The notes under the pieces were generated by a model that ran no database searches, was not told the origin of the DNA, and saw only the letters and a list, made by a program, of their open reading frames with translations. From contig DAHZZC010000394.1 in NCBI GenBank assembly GCA_027435495.1, forward strand, positions 1 to 35,318: a stretch of 35,318 bases of DNA, written 5' to 3'. Shown here piece by piece: positions 25,442 through 32,896 of this stretch; position 1 is the stretch's first letter; the number at the start of each line of letters is the position of its first letter. A program made the translations under genes and the position numbers. The stretch comes from Planctomycetales bacterium (GTDB lineage Bacteria > Planctomycetota > Planctomycetia > Isosphaerales > Isosphaeraceae).

Positions 25442-27217
25442 TCACTCCACCCACATCGGCTCGTCGATGAGCAGGCCGTACTTCTTCATCTTCTTGTAGA
25501 GGGTGGTCCGGTTGATGTCGAGGACGCGGGCGGTCTCCTGGCGGTTCCAGTTAAAAGCCTGGAGCGCCTGGATGATGATCCGTTTTTCGGGGTCTTCGAG
25601 GGCTTCCTTGAGCGGTCGGATGCCCATCGGGAGATGGGGTCGCGAGGTGCCGGCGGCGCGGGCCTGGCGGTGGTGGTTGAGGATCGGCGCCAGGTGGTGC
25701 GAGGAGATCCTCGGACCGGAGCAGAGGGCGACGGCACGCTGGATGGCGGCCTCAAGCTCGCGGACGTTGCCCGGCCAGTCGTGGCGCTGGAGGATTTCGA
25801 GGGCGTCTCGGTTGAAGCCGGAGACGTTCTTGCGGAACTCCTGAGCGTAGCGCTCGCGGAAAGCCTCGGCGAGCAGCTCGATGTCGGTCCCTCGATGCCG
25901 GAGGGGTGGCGGGGTCAGGACGACGACACTGATCCGGTGGAAGAGCTCTTGCCGGAACCGCCCCTGCTCGATGAGTCCGGCCATGTTCTCGGAGGAAGCC
26001 ATGATGAATCGGACATCGCCGCCGGGCGGCGGATAACCGGAGACGGCGCCGTAGTCGCGGAACTGGAGGTCGCGCAGGAGCAGGAGCTGAAGCGGGATGG
26101 GAAGGTCCGCGACATCGTGGATGAAGAGGCTTCCACCCCTGGCCAGGTTGACCCGTCCCGCCCAGAGGAGGGCCGAGTCGGCAGCCGTAGAGGAATGAGC
26201 GGATGGTGGCGGCTCGGTCCCGGTTGGGTCGTCGTCGTCAGCCTCGTCGTCGTCATGGTCGTGGTCGTGGTCGTGGTCGTTCTCGTCGTCGGGTTCGGGT
26301 GGGGAGAGCTCATCGGCAAGGGCCGCGGCCTCGCAGGTGATGAAGGGTCGATCACCTGGGTGGGTCATCGCATGGATCAGTCGGGCAAGCTGGCTCTTGC
26401 CCGTGCCCGGTTCGCCTGCGATGAGGATGGGGGAACGCGTCGAGGCGATGGTGGCGGCCAGCTCGATGACCTGTCTCCAGGCGGGGTCGTTGCCGAGCAG
26501 GCCGAGTTCACGGACCAGGACGTCGAGCCGGGGCCCGTTGATCGGAGCCGACGCGGGGGCCGAGATGGCCAGGGAGCCACCCGAGGGTCCGACCATCCCC
26601 GCGACGGTTGGGACGACCTCGATCGTGCCGCCTGACCGCGAGCCGCCGACAGGGAAAGAGACGGACGGAGCCATGCCGGGGGCTGTCATCCCCATCAGGC
26701 TGGTGTTTCGACCGGTCATGGCCCCGGTGGCGGTTGCGTTCATCGACATCGGAACGGCAAGCGGGGAGGGGGACGTCGAGAGCGAGCCGGTTGAGGCTGT
26801 CGAGGGGGAAGGCGACCCGGGCGTTCCGGTCGAATCGCCAGCCTGGGCCTCGCAACGTTCGAGAGCCTGAAGGACCGCGGCCCGGAGTTCCGCGGCCGGT
26901 ACGGGATACTTCAGGACGGCCATGGCGCCGAGGCGGAGGGCCTCCTTGGCCCGCTCGGGGTGCAGTCGGGGAAAGAGCAGGACGACGGGAACTTCTCGGT
27001 GCTTGCGTCGGACGTAGGTTAGCAGCTCCAGGGCGTCGCCCTCAGCGGGGTCGACCCCGGCGAGTACCAGGTCAATTTGATCCCGATCCATCAGACGGAC
27101 GGCCATTCGATCATTGTTTGCTTCCTCGATGACGTAGCCAAGCGACTTCAACATCGAGGTCAACAGGGCGAGTCCCGCCGGGTCGGGGTACAGGATCAGG
27201 ATGCGCAGCTTATGCAT
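25442..27217 (-). CDS. NtrC-family (bEBP-like) regulator with a degenerate REC domain, an AAA+ domain lacking GAFTGA and a Fis-type HTH
   Basis: Track ORF 25442..27217. Motifs: Walker A GEPGTGKS, sensor II/arginine region GNVRELE, and C-terminal HTH NRQETARVLDINRTTLYKKMKKYGL. The atypical features are described in the findings. Confidence 0.9.
   Translation of the reverse strand: MHKLRILILYPDPAGLALLTSMLKSLGYVIEEANNDRMAVRLMDRDQIDLVLAGVDPAEGDALELLTYVRRKHREVPVVLLFPRLHPERAKEALRLGAMAVLKYPVPAAELRAAVLQALERCEAQAGDSTGTPGSPSPSTASTGSLSTSPSPLAVPMSMNATATGAMTGRNTSLMGMTAPGMAPSVSFPVGGSRSGGTIEVVPTVAGMVGPSGGSLAISAPASAPINGPRLDVLVRELGLLGNDPAWRQVIELAATIASTRSPILIAGEPGTGKSQLARLIHAMTHPGDRPFITCEAAALADELSPPEPDDENDHDHDHDHDDDEADDDDPTGTEPPPSAHSSTAADSALLWAGRVNLARGGSLFIHDVADLPIPLQLLLLRDLQFRDYGAVSGYPPPGGDVRFIMASSENMAGLIEQGRFRQELFHRISVVVLTPPPLRHRGTDIELLAEAFRERYAQEFRKNVSGFNRDALEILQRHDWPGNVRELEAAIQRAVALCSGPRISSHHLAPILNHHRQARAAGTSRPHLPMGIRPLKEALEDPEKRIIIQALQAFNWNRQETARVLDINRTTLYKKMKKYGLLIDEPMWVE
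26257..26280. repeat. Hexanucleotide microsatellite (GGTCGT)x4 inside the regulator CDS
   Basis: There are four exact tandem copies. On the coding strand they read GAC CAC repeats, encoding DHDHDHDH within the acidic insert DDENDHDHDHDHDDDEADDDD. Confidence 0.9.
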
Positions 27218-27738
27218 GGAAGTCGGTCTCGCGACAAATGCCCGTGCCTCGGCACGAAGCCGGTCCGTCCTCCCTGAAAGGAGTGGAGGGGCGACGTCGA
27301 GACGGGGCGCCTGAAAGGCGCGGCGACGAACCCGTCACGGCCCCGCCGGCAAGCGATCGCGCTGCGATCGCCCGACCGGCCCCTGGATCCCGCCGGGCCC
27401 ACAACCCCCTCGTCGCGGGTCGCGTGGCGTGCGGGCTGTCGATGTCGTCCTGTTGAAACGTGTATGTCACAAAAGCAACGTCGTCAAAGAACATGGTGAG
27501 GTTTGCGGCTTCCTTCGAGGTGCCGGGAGGTCACGTTACGGGCCGCTCCGAAGCCCGATCAGATCGATGTCGGTATGAGCTCTAACGAGAAGCCGAGGGA
27601 ATCCCCGCGATTATCCGGAGCCCGCGAACGAGACGGTCCCTGCGCCGGGACGGTAGGAAGAAGTCCTTTGGAACGGAACGGTTCTGCCGACCCATCGAAT
27701 CCGAGGCGGGCCACGGCCTCGCGCCCGTCGACTTCGCC

Positions 27739-28623
27739 TCAGGCTCTTGGATGGGCCTCATGATAAATATCGAGAATTCGGTCCTGTGTGACGTGGGTGT
27801 AGATCTGGGTTGTCGTCAACTTGCGGTGTCCCAGCAGTTCCTGGACACTCCGGAGGTCGGCGCCGCTGTCGAGCAGGTGAGTGGCGAAGCTGTGACGCAA
27901 GGTGTGCGGGCTGGCCGCATCCGTGAGCCCGGCACGGGCCAGGTGCTGCTCCAGGAGCCGGCCGACACTCCGGGCCGTCAGCCGCGTTCCCCGCTGGTTG
28001 AGGAAAAGCGCCGGCTCCCGCGGTGCCTTCGGTTCGCGGAGGGGAATCCATCGTCGAATCCATGCGTTTGCCATTTCGCCGATGGGGCAGAGGCGCTCGC
28101 GACGGCCCTTACCCCGAACCCGGACCAGTTCGCTCTCCATGTCGAGGTCAGCCAGGTCGAGCCCGACCAGCTCGCTGACCCGGAGGCCGCCGCCGTAGAG
28201 CGTCTCCAGCATGGCCCGGTCCCGTACCCCGGCCGCGGCGTCGACCGGCACGGTGTCCAGGAGCCGGATCACCTCGTCGACCCGGAGGAGCCGCGGTAAC
28301 CGCCTGGCCTGCTTCGGGTTCCTGAGCCCGGCCGCCGGATCCGACGCGACCACGCCCCGCCGTCTCAAGAAGCGAAAATACGATCGCAAGCTTGCGAGGC
28401 GACGCGCAATCGTGCTCGGTGCATACCCTCGACTCGCCAGCCAGGCCGAATATCTTCGAAGCCGTGAGGGCCCCGAAGCCGAGGGGTCCTCGCCTTCCCC
28501 GAACGTCTCCGCCAGGAACGCCCCGTACTGAGTCAGGTCGTCCTCATAGCATCGAAGCGTGTGTGGCGACGATCGCCGTTCGGTTCGCAGATGCTCCAGG
28601 AAATCGGTCATGGAAGAATGCAC
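27739..28623 (-). CDS. xerC: Tyrosine site-specific recombinase, XerC/XerD family
   Basis: Frame of track ORF 27739..28824. I prefer GTG at 28623, preceded by AAGGAGG with a 6-nt spacer. ATG at 28611 is the alternative. Motifs: FLEHLRTERRSSPHTLRCYEDDL, HTLRHSFATHLLDSGADLRSVQELLGH and TTQIYTHV. I cannot decide between XerC and XerD by eye. Confidence 0.9.
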   Translation of the reverse strand: MHSSMTDFLEHLRTERRSSPHTLRCYEDDLTQYGAFLAETFGEGEDPSASGPSRLRRYSAWLASRGYAPSTIARRLASLRSYFRFLRRRGVVASDPAAGLRNPKQARRLPRLLRVDEVIRLLDTVPVDAAAGVRDRAMLETLYGGGLRVSELVGLDLADLDMESELVRVRGKGRRERLCPIGEMANAWIRRWIPLREPKAPREPALFLNQRGTRLTARSVGRLLEQHLARAGLTDAASPHTLRHSFATHLLDSGADLRSVQELLGHRKLTTTQIYTHVTQDRILDIYHEAHPRA

Positions 28624-29218
28624 TGGAGACCTCCTTGCGATTCCAGGATGGTCCCGCGCGGTCTTGCCTCGGTCGCGACCAGGAAGCGGCGTCGGCCGTG
28701 GATTCCCTGACATGGGCATGGGCGGGATCCCCTTCAGGATCGGCGAGGATCGGTGTTCGACTCGAAGGCGTCTGGTTCGGTCCGCGGCCAACCCTCTCCC
28801 GATTCGCGGGGCGACCGGCTCCATCCCATCCTGCTTCGATAATCCCAGCGTGCGGCGATTCCTCTACGGCATGGCCACGCGCACCCACCCGTGGGTACGG
28901 CTCTTTCGGGCAATCATGCACATTCTCTGCGATCATTTCGTTATTGACAATCACCCAATCGCTGAAACGGATCATTTTCTCCAAACTTTTGCTGGCCAGA
29001 GGCTTGCATGAAGCGGCCTGGCCCCGGCGGGCCTCCCTGACGAACGACACCCGAACATCCGCTGAGAGCCGTTTAACAAATTAAGAACCGATCCCGAACC
29101 GGCCATAGAGGGCTCGATTCTGGGATCTGAGGGGACGAGGATCCGGGTGGAGACGCCGGGCCGGAACTTTTTGTCGGAGGGGGCTTTCCTCGGAGGGGGG
29201 TCGGTGGTATATTTCCAG

Positions 29219-29291
29219 TGCGCCGTGGAGCAGCGGCTAGCTCGCCAGGCTCATAACCTGGAGGTCGTAGGTTCGATTCCTACCGGCGCAA
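29219..29291 (+). tRNA. tRNA with CAT anticodon: elongator tRNA-Met, or tRNA-Ile2 if modified with lysidine
   Basis: The manual cloverleaf is: acceptor TGCGCCG/CGGCGCA, D arm GAGC-AGCGGCTA-GCTC, anticodon arm CCAGG-CTCATAA-CCTGG, variable AGGTC, T arm GTAGG-TTCGATT-CCTAC and discriminator A. No CCA is encoded. It is not initiator-like, with no C1xA72 mismatch and no 3 G-C pairs in the anticodon stem. Confidence 0.85.
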
Positions 29292-29302
29292 CTATCGATG
29301 AA

Positions 29303-29336
29303 AGCCCTCGAATCCTGTGGTTCGAGGGCTTTTTTC
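29303..29336 (+). terminator. Rho-independent terminator after the tRNA
   Basis: The 10-bp stem agccctcgaa/ttcgagggct has the loop tcctgtgg and is followed by a T run. Confidence 0.7.
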
Positions 29337-29455
29337 GTGATTGGGGTAGTGTGAGTCGGGTCCGGTTGCCGGCCGACGATCCCCGTGTTAAGCTTCCGCG
29401 AGAGGCGCGCGATGATCGCTCCCCCGTCCTTCCGGCCCAGTCGAGCTCGACGCGT

Positions 29456-29920
29456 ATGGCCGATTCGATTCCCGATGTGGACGAGACGCGGACGCACCGG
29501 CTGATTCTGCCGCGCGACGCCAATCATCACGGGACGCTCTACGCGGGAGTGCTGCTCTCCCTCTCGCTGGAAGCTGCCTACGCGACCGCCTTTCGGGCCG
29601 CCGGACTCAACGCCAACCTGGTGCTCAAGCGGGTTCTCGACCTCCGATGTTATGAGCCGGTCCCGGTTGGGCGGGTCGTGCAGATTCGGGGTGTGGAGAT
29701 CCACCGGGCCCGGGCCCAGATCGTCGTGGCTCTCTACGGCTCGTCGCTCGATGAAGGGTCGCCGGCCTGGATGGACGGTCTCATGCAATTTGTTCAGGTG
29801 GACGCGACCGGCCGGCCGGAACCGCTCGATGACGAACCGGTGGACGAGCCGGTTCCGCTACCGCCTCCCTGGTCGTCGCTTCGCGATCGGGCCCGTCGGC
29901 TGCTGCATGTCCGCCACTGA
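29456..29920 (+). CDS. Acyl-CoA thioesterase (hotdog fold, YciA/BFIT-like)
   Basis: The start is an internal ATG of track ORF 29147..29920, whose 5' part runs through the tRNA. The sequence is MADSIPDVDETRTHRLILPRDANHHGTLYAGVLLSL..., typical of acyl-CoA thioester hydrolases. Confidence 0.8.
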   Translation: MADSIPDVDETRTHRLILPRDANHHGTLYAGVLLSLSLEAAYATAFRAAGLNANLVLKRVLDLRCYEPVPVGRVVQIRGVEIHRARAQIVVALYGSSLDEGSPAWMDGLMQFVQVDATGRPEPLDDEPVDEPVPLPPPWSSLRDRARRLLHVRH

Positions 29921-30014
29921 TCGATGGCGGTTCCTTGATGCGCGCCTCAGGCGTCGCCCGGAATGATCGGCCGAACGCGATCGGGGCCGGCCCGTCCGCC
30001 GCAGGAGCTTGACC

Positions 30015-30386
30015 TCATGACCGCTTGACGTCGTACCAGCCGACCTCGAAGGAGAGTCCCTCGGTCTCGCGCGGGGGGGCCATTGGCAGGTCGCGGAGCC
30101 GTCTCGGCTCGCCGACCAGCAGGCCCCGCCTTGAGGCGCAGGCCAGGCAGAGTTTCTCGTCGTGGCGATGGAGGAAGACCTCGCCGTCGTGGAGGCGATG
30201 GTAAAAATCCTGCCCGGGGGCGACCATGTAACAAAATTCGCGGTCGCTGCCCGACTTCACTCCGATCCGCCAGCCGGGCTCGGCCAGGTACATCCGGCCC
30301 GCGGCGACCGGTTCGCGGACGTCGTCCTGATCGTGGTCGTCGTTCGACGGGCGGGGTCGATACAGGGGATCCGTCGCGTGGTTCAT
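30015..30386 (-). CDS. Small hypothetical protein, translationally coupled to the HTTM-DCC gene
   Basis: This is the C-terminal part of track ORF 30015..31091, starting at ATG 30386-30384. That ATG overlaps the HTTM-DCC stop as ATGA. The sequence is MNHATDPLYRPRPSNDDHDQDD...CLAC...EVGWYDVKRS. Confidence 0.6.
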   Translation of the reverse strand: MNHATDPLYRPRPSNDDHDQDDVREPVAAGRMYLAEPGWRIGVKSGSDREFCYMVAPGQDFYHRLHDGEVFLHRHDEKLCLACASRRGLLVGEPRRLRDLPMAPPRETEGLSFEVGWYDVKRS

Positions 30387-31885
30387 GGACGTGGTACCTC
30401 CCGGGTATCCGCGGGGGACGGCTCCGCCTCGTGATGATTCGTGGAACGGCCCCGCCGAGAGCGGGGTCCAGATCGGGGCGCGGGATGAATCCCGCAAGCC
30501 TGATCGGTGCAAGGGCGATCGCGCGGCCGGCTGGCCGCTATTCGATTGTAGACGGATCGTCCAGCCGAGGCGACCCCCGGTAACGATCCAACTGCCGTCG
30601 GCATCCAGAACAGGGGCAGTCTCGCCCCGATCGCCCGGACCGCGTCGAACCCGGCCGAGACCCGGCCTCGGCCGTTGACTGCGTGCATCGCCTGAAGGCA
30701 GGCGTCGGCCGTCAGCGAAGGATGGATCGCCCGGACGTCGACGGCTGTCAGGTCGATCGGCTCGACCGCCCCGCCGGGCTCGCTTGCCATCACCATCGCC
30801 ATCGTCGCCCGGCATCGCGGGCAGGCTCCGTCGAACAGGACCTTCAGCGGCGGACGGTCGGGATCCGAGACAAGCCTCCGCAGCCATCCCCCGGGCACGA
30901 AGGCCAGGTTGGCCGCGATCATCATCGCCGAGAACTCGGCCAGCCCCGGGCTCATAAGACCGATCCCGGCGTGCAATCCGATGATGGACACCAGCATCAA
31001 GGGCCGGGCGATCGGGACCCAGATCAGAGCCGGGTAAAGCAGCTCGATTGCCAGGCTCGCATGAGTCAGGAAGTTGATGAGCATGGGCCATCGGGCCATG
31101 GGCGTGAAGTCGAGGACCACGAACTCACCGGCGGTCATTGTTCCCCAGAGCGCCATCCCGTTCCACCACGAGGGGCCTTGCAGCTTGCCAAGCCCGGCCG
31201 AGGCGTAAATCACCACCAGATGCAACTGGATCAACCGGAGGGCCAGGTTCGCACCGACCGTCGGCAAGGGGACCGCGGGCTCCGTCGGCAAGACCCGGCG
31301 CGAGGCGCCTTCGGGTGTCGCCGAGGCGGGCATCGGCCGGGCTGCCGACGCTCGGGCCTGCCGCCATCGCCGGAGGAACCGGTCGAGTGAGACCGACTGT
31401 CCGGCGGCTCCGGTGACGGCCAGGTAGAGAGCCAGGGGCGAAAGGGCCTGGTCGAAACCGTAGAGCGCGATCGGGACCCTTCGTACGGTCGACACCACGA
31501 TCACCCAGGAGAGTACGGCGGTCGTCCGGCTGAAAAGGCCGATCGAAAACATCGCGAGTACGACCAGGCACCCAATCCAGACGGCACGAAGGGCACCATC
31601 CGGGACCAAAAACCAGAACGACCACTGCCAACCCTGCTGCGCCATCCGAATCGCGGTCGGGTCGGCCCACCCCGTCGAGGCGAAGTAGTCGGGCAGATCG
31701 AGCCCGAAGACGAAGAGGCTCCAGAAGGCGAGCAGTCCCGTCGCGATTCGGATCAGGCCCAGCGTCGTCGGGTCGGCCGGCGTGAAGAAGAAGGTGTCCC
31801 ACCCGTGCCGGATCGCCCCCGAGAGCCGGATGAAGTAATCGCGGATCTCGATCAGAAGTCGTCGCACGAGAAATCTCCGATCCAT
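30383..31885 (-). CDS. HTTM domain (vitamin K-dependent gamma-carboxylase-like) membrane protein fused to a DCC-family (DUF393) thiol-disulfide oxidoreductase domain
   Basis: Track ORF 30383..31885. The N-terminal ~330 aa are polytopic, with the HTTM-like start FFFTPADPTTLGLIRIATGLLAFWSL. The C-terminal domain begins KVLFDGACPRC, the DCC CxxC motif. Confidence 0.8.
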   Translation of the reverse strand: MDRRFLVRRLLIEIRDYFIRLSGAIRHGWDTFFFTPADPTTLGLIRIATGLLAFWSLFVFGLDLPDYFASTGWADPTAIRMAQQGWQWSFWFLVPDGALRAVWIGCLVVLAMFSIGLFSRTTAVLSWVIVVSTVRRVPIALYGFDQALSPLALYLAVTGAAGQSVSLDRFLRRWRQARASAARPMPASATPEGASRRVLPTEPAVPLPTVGANLALRLIQLHLVVIYASAGLGKLQGPSWWNGMALWGTMTAGEFVVLDFTPMARWPMLINFLTHASLAIELLYPALIWVPIARPLMLVSIIGLHAGIGLMSPGLAEFSAMMIAANLAFVPGGWLRRLVSDPDRPPLKVLFDGACPRCRATMAMVMASEPGGAVEPIDLTAVDVRAIHPSLTADACLQAMHAVNGRGRVSAGFDAVRAIGARLPLFWMPTAVGSLPGVASAGRSVYNRIAASRPRDRPCTDQACGIHPAPRSGPRSRRGRSTNHHEAEPSPADTREVPRP

Positions 31886-32517
31886 TGGGGAGTCGTGAAC
31901 ATCCGGTCGCCGAAGAGGTCAAACGTCCCGGTCGGGGAATCGAGAGCGCGGCGGACCTCGGCGGGGTCGGGGATGAGGTGCTGCTCCAGATGGATCGTGA
32001 CACTCCGGCATCCGGGCCGGGTCTGGCAGAGGTGCCGGGCATAGGCCCGCGCCAGGCGGCTCTGGCTGGGGCCGCCGGTCCGCTGCCGGGCCTCCTGAAC
32101 GTCGGCCGCCAGCGCGTTTGCCAGCGCGAGCTGCCTCTGATGCCGCATCCGGGGGCCCGATACCTCACGCCCGGGGAGGCGGAGGGATTCGTCGGGACGT
32201 CCATCGGCGCGGTGGATCGTCGCGGTAACCACCGGAGTCGGCGGCGGCTCGGCATAGAACCGGTACGAATAGCCGAGGTCCACCAGGTCGAAATACGTCG
32301 AGAACCGATCGGCGATCGCTCGCTCCAGCGGCGACGATGGCGGGACGCCCACCGCCCCGGCCACCAGAGCCGCCAGGTGGAAGAGCAGGACGGCCGTCAC
32401 CAGCCGACGCGCCGCTTTCGGCCATCCCCCCGGTGCAACAGCCGCGCCGGACCCCGCCGAATCCCCGGCGTTGGCCTCCGCCGACGCCGACACCTCTGCC
32501 TTTGCGTGCTTCCGCAT
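31852..32517 (-). CDS. Hypothetical membrane-anchored protein, first gene of the HTTM operon
   Basis: Frame of track ORF 31852..32547. I prefer ATG at 32517, preceded by AGGAG with a 6-nt spacer. ATG at 32547 is the alternative. It has one TM segment (LVTAVLLFHLAALVAGAV). Its 3' end overlaps the HTTM start by 34 nt. Confidence 0.7.
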   Translation of the reverse strand: MRKHAKAEVSASAEANAGDSAGSGAAVAPGGWPKAARRLVTAVLLFHLAALVAGAVGVPPSSPLERAIADRFSTYFDLVDLGYSYRFYAEPPPTPVVTATIHRADGRPDESLRLPGREVSGPRMRHQRQLALANALAADVQEARQRTGGPSQSRLARAYARHLCQTRPGCRSVTIHLEQHLIPDPAEVRRALDSPTGTFDLFGDRMFTTPQWIGDFSCDDF

Positions 32518-32591
32518 GTAGTTCTCCTGCTCCGTCGGCTGTCTCATCTTTCCTATTAAAAATACCCGCCGGAATCGCCAGGGACCAGGAA

Positions 32592-32606
32592 TGGCACGCG
32601 ATCTGC
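32592..32606 (+). promoter_or_regulatory. Candidate sigma-54 -24/-12 promoter upstream of the Cys-Tyr-Gly repeat gene
   Basis: aTGGCACgcgatCTGCc has the GG and GC dinucleotides at the correct consensus spacing. There is one mismatch in TTGC (C for the first T). The site is intergenic, on the + strand, about 290 nt upstream of ATG 32897. Confidence 0.4.
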
Positions 32607-32896
32607 CCGATCCGATCGATACGCTCTTTACTCCCAGAACTCCCAGTTCCTACTTTTCCGCTATTTTGACGCCTTCGAGTTGAACGTGGGGTAGGATGGG
32701 TATTAGAATCTGGGTCGTCTGAGAGAAGGGTATGTTTTTGGGCGACTGGATGGGCAAGAGCATCCGCGTGGCCAGGGGGTCGTCGCTTGCTCGTGGGAGG
32801 CCCAGCCCCAATCTGAGGTTGCACCAGGGTCCGTGAGGGTGCCGGTCGCGGCTCAGTCGGTGGACACTCCTTCGAAGGGCAACCGGGAGGGAAGCT

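Noticed and set aside
23469-26635. ORFs 23469..25004 (-, 511 aa) and 25325..26635 (+, 436 aa)
   Set aside because: They are antisense shadows of ilvB and of the NtrC-like regulator respectively. The latter even mirrors the DH repeat as a poly-Val run.
27218-27738. 520-nt gap between the Xer stop and the regulator start as a possible ncRNA gene (the 86-aa ORF 27503..27763 was also considered)
   Set aside because: I could not recognise any known RNA family signature (SRP, 6S, tmRNA or RNase P motifs). The ORF has no RBS and a poor composition. The gap probably holds the regulator's promoter and leader, with an AT-rich core near 27450-27500. An Rfam scan would settle this.
28544-29050. 168-aa minus-strand ORF (MIRFSDWVIVNNEMIAENVHDC...) and the + ORFs in the Xer-tRNA gap
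   Set aside because: The ORF overlaps the Xer start in another frame and shows weak third-position GC bias compared with real genes here. The back half is Arg/Pro/Gly-rich. The lower-GC stretch (about 28860-29000) is more likely a promoter or UTR region. A short real peptide (about the first 40 aa) cannot be excluded without conservation data.
27739-29291. Tyrosine recombinase next to a tRNA gene as the edge of an integrated genomic island or prophage
   Set aside because: The recombinase has XerC/XerD-type housekeeping motifs rather than phage-integrase features. It lies on the 5' side of the tRNA, whereas islands usually abut the 3' end. I could not find a direct repeat of the tRNA 3' end elsewhere in the window. 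The flanking genes (thioesterase, regulator) do not look like cargo. A genome-wide att-repeat search would be needed to exclude it fully.
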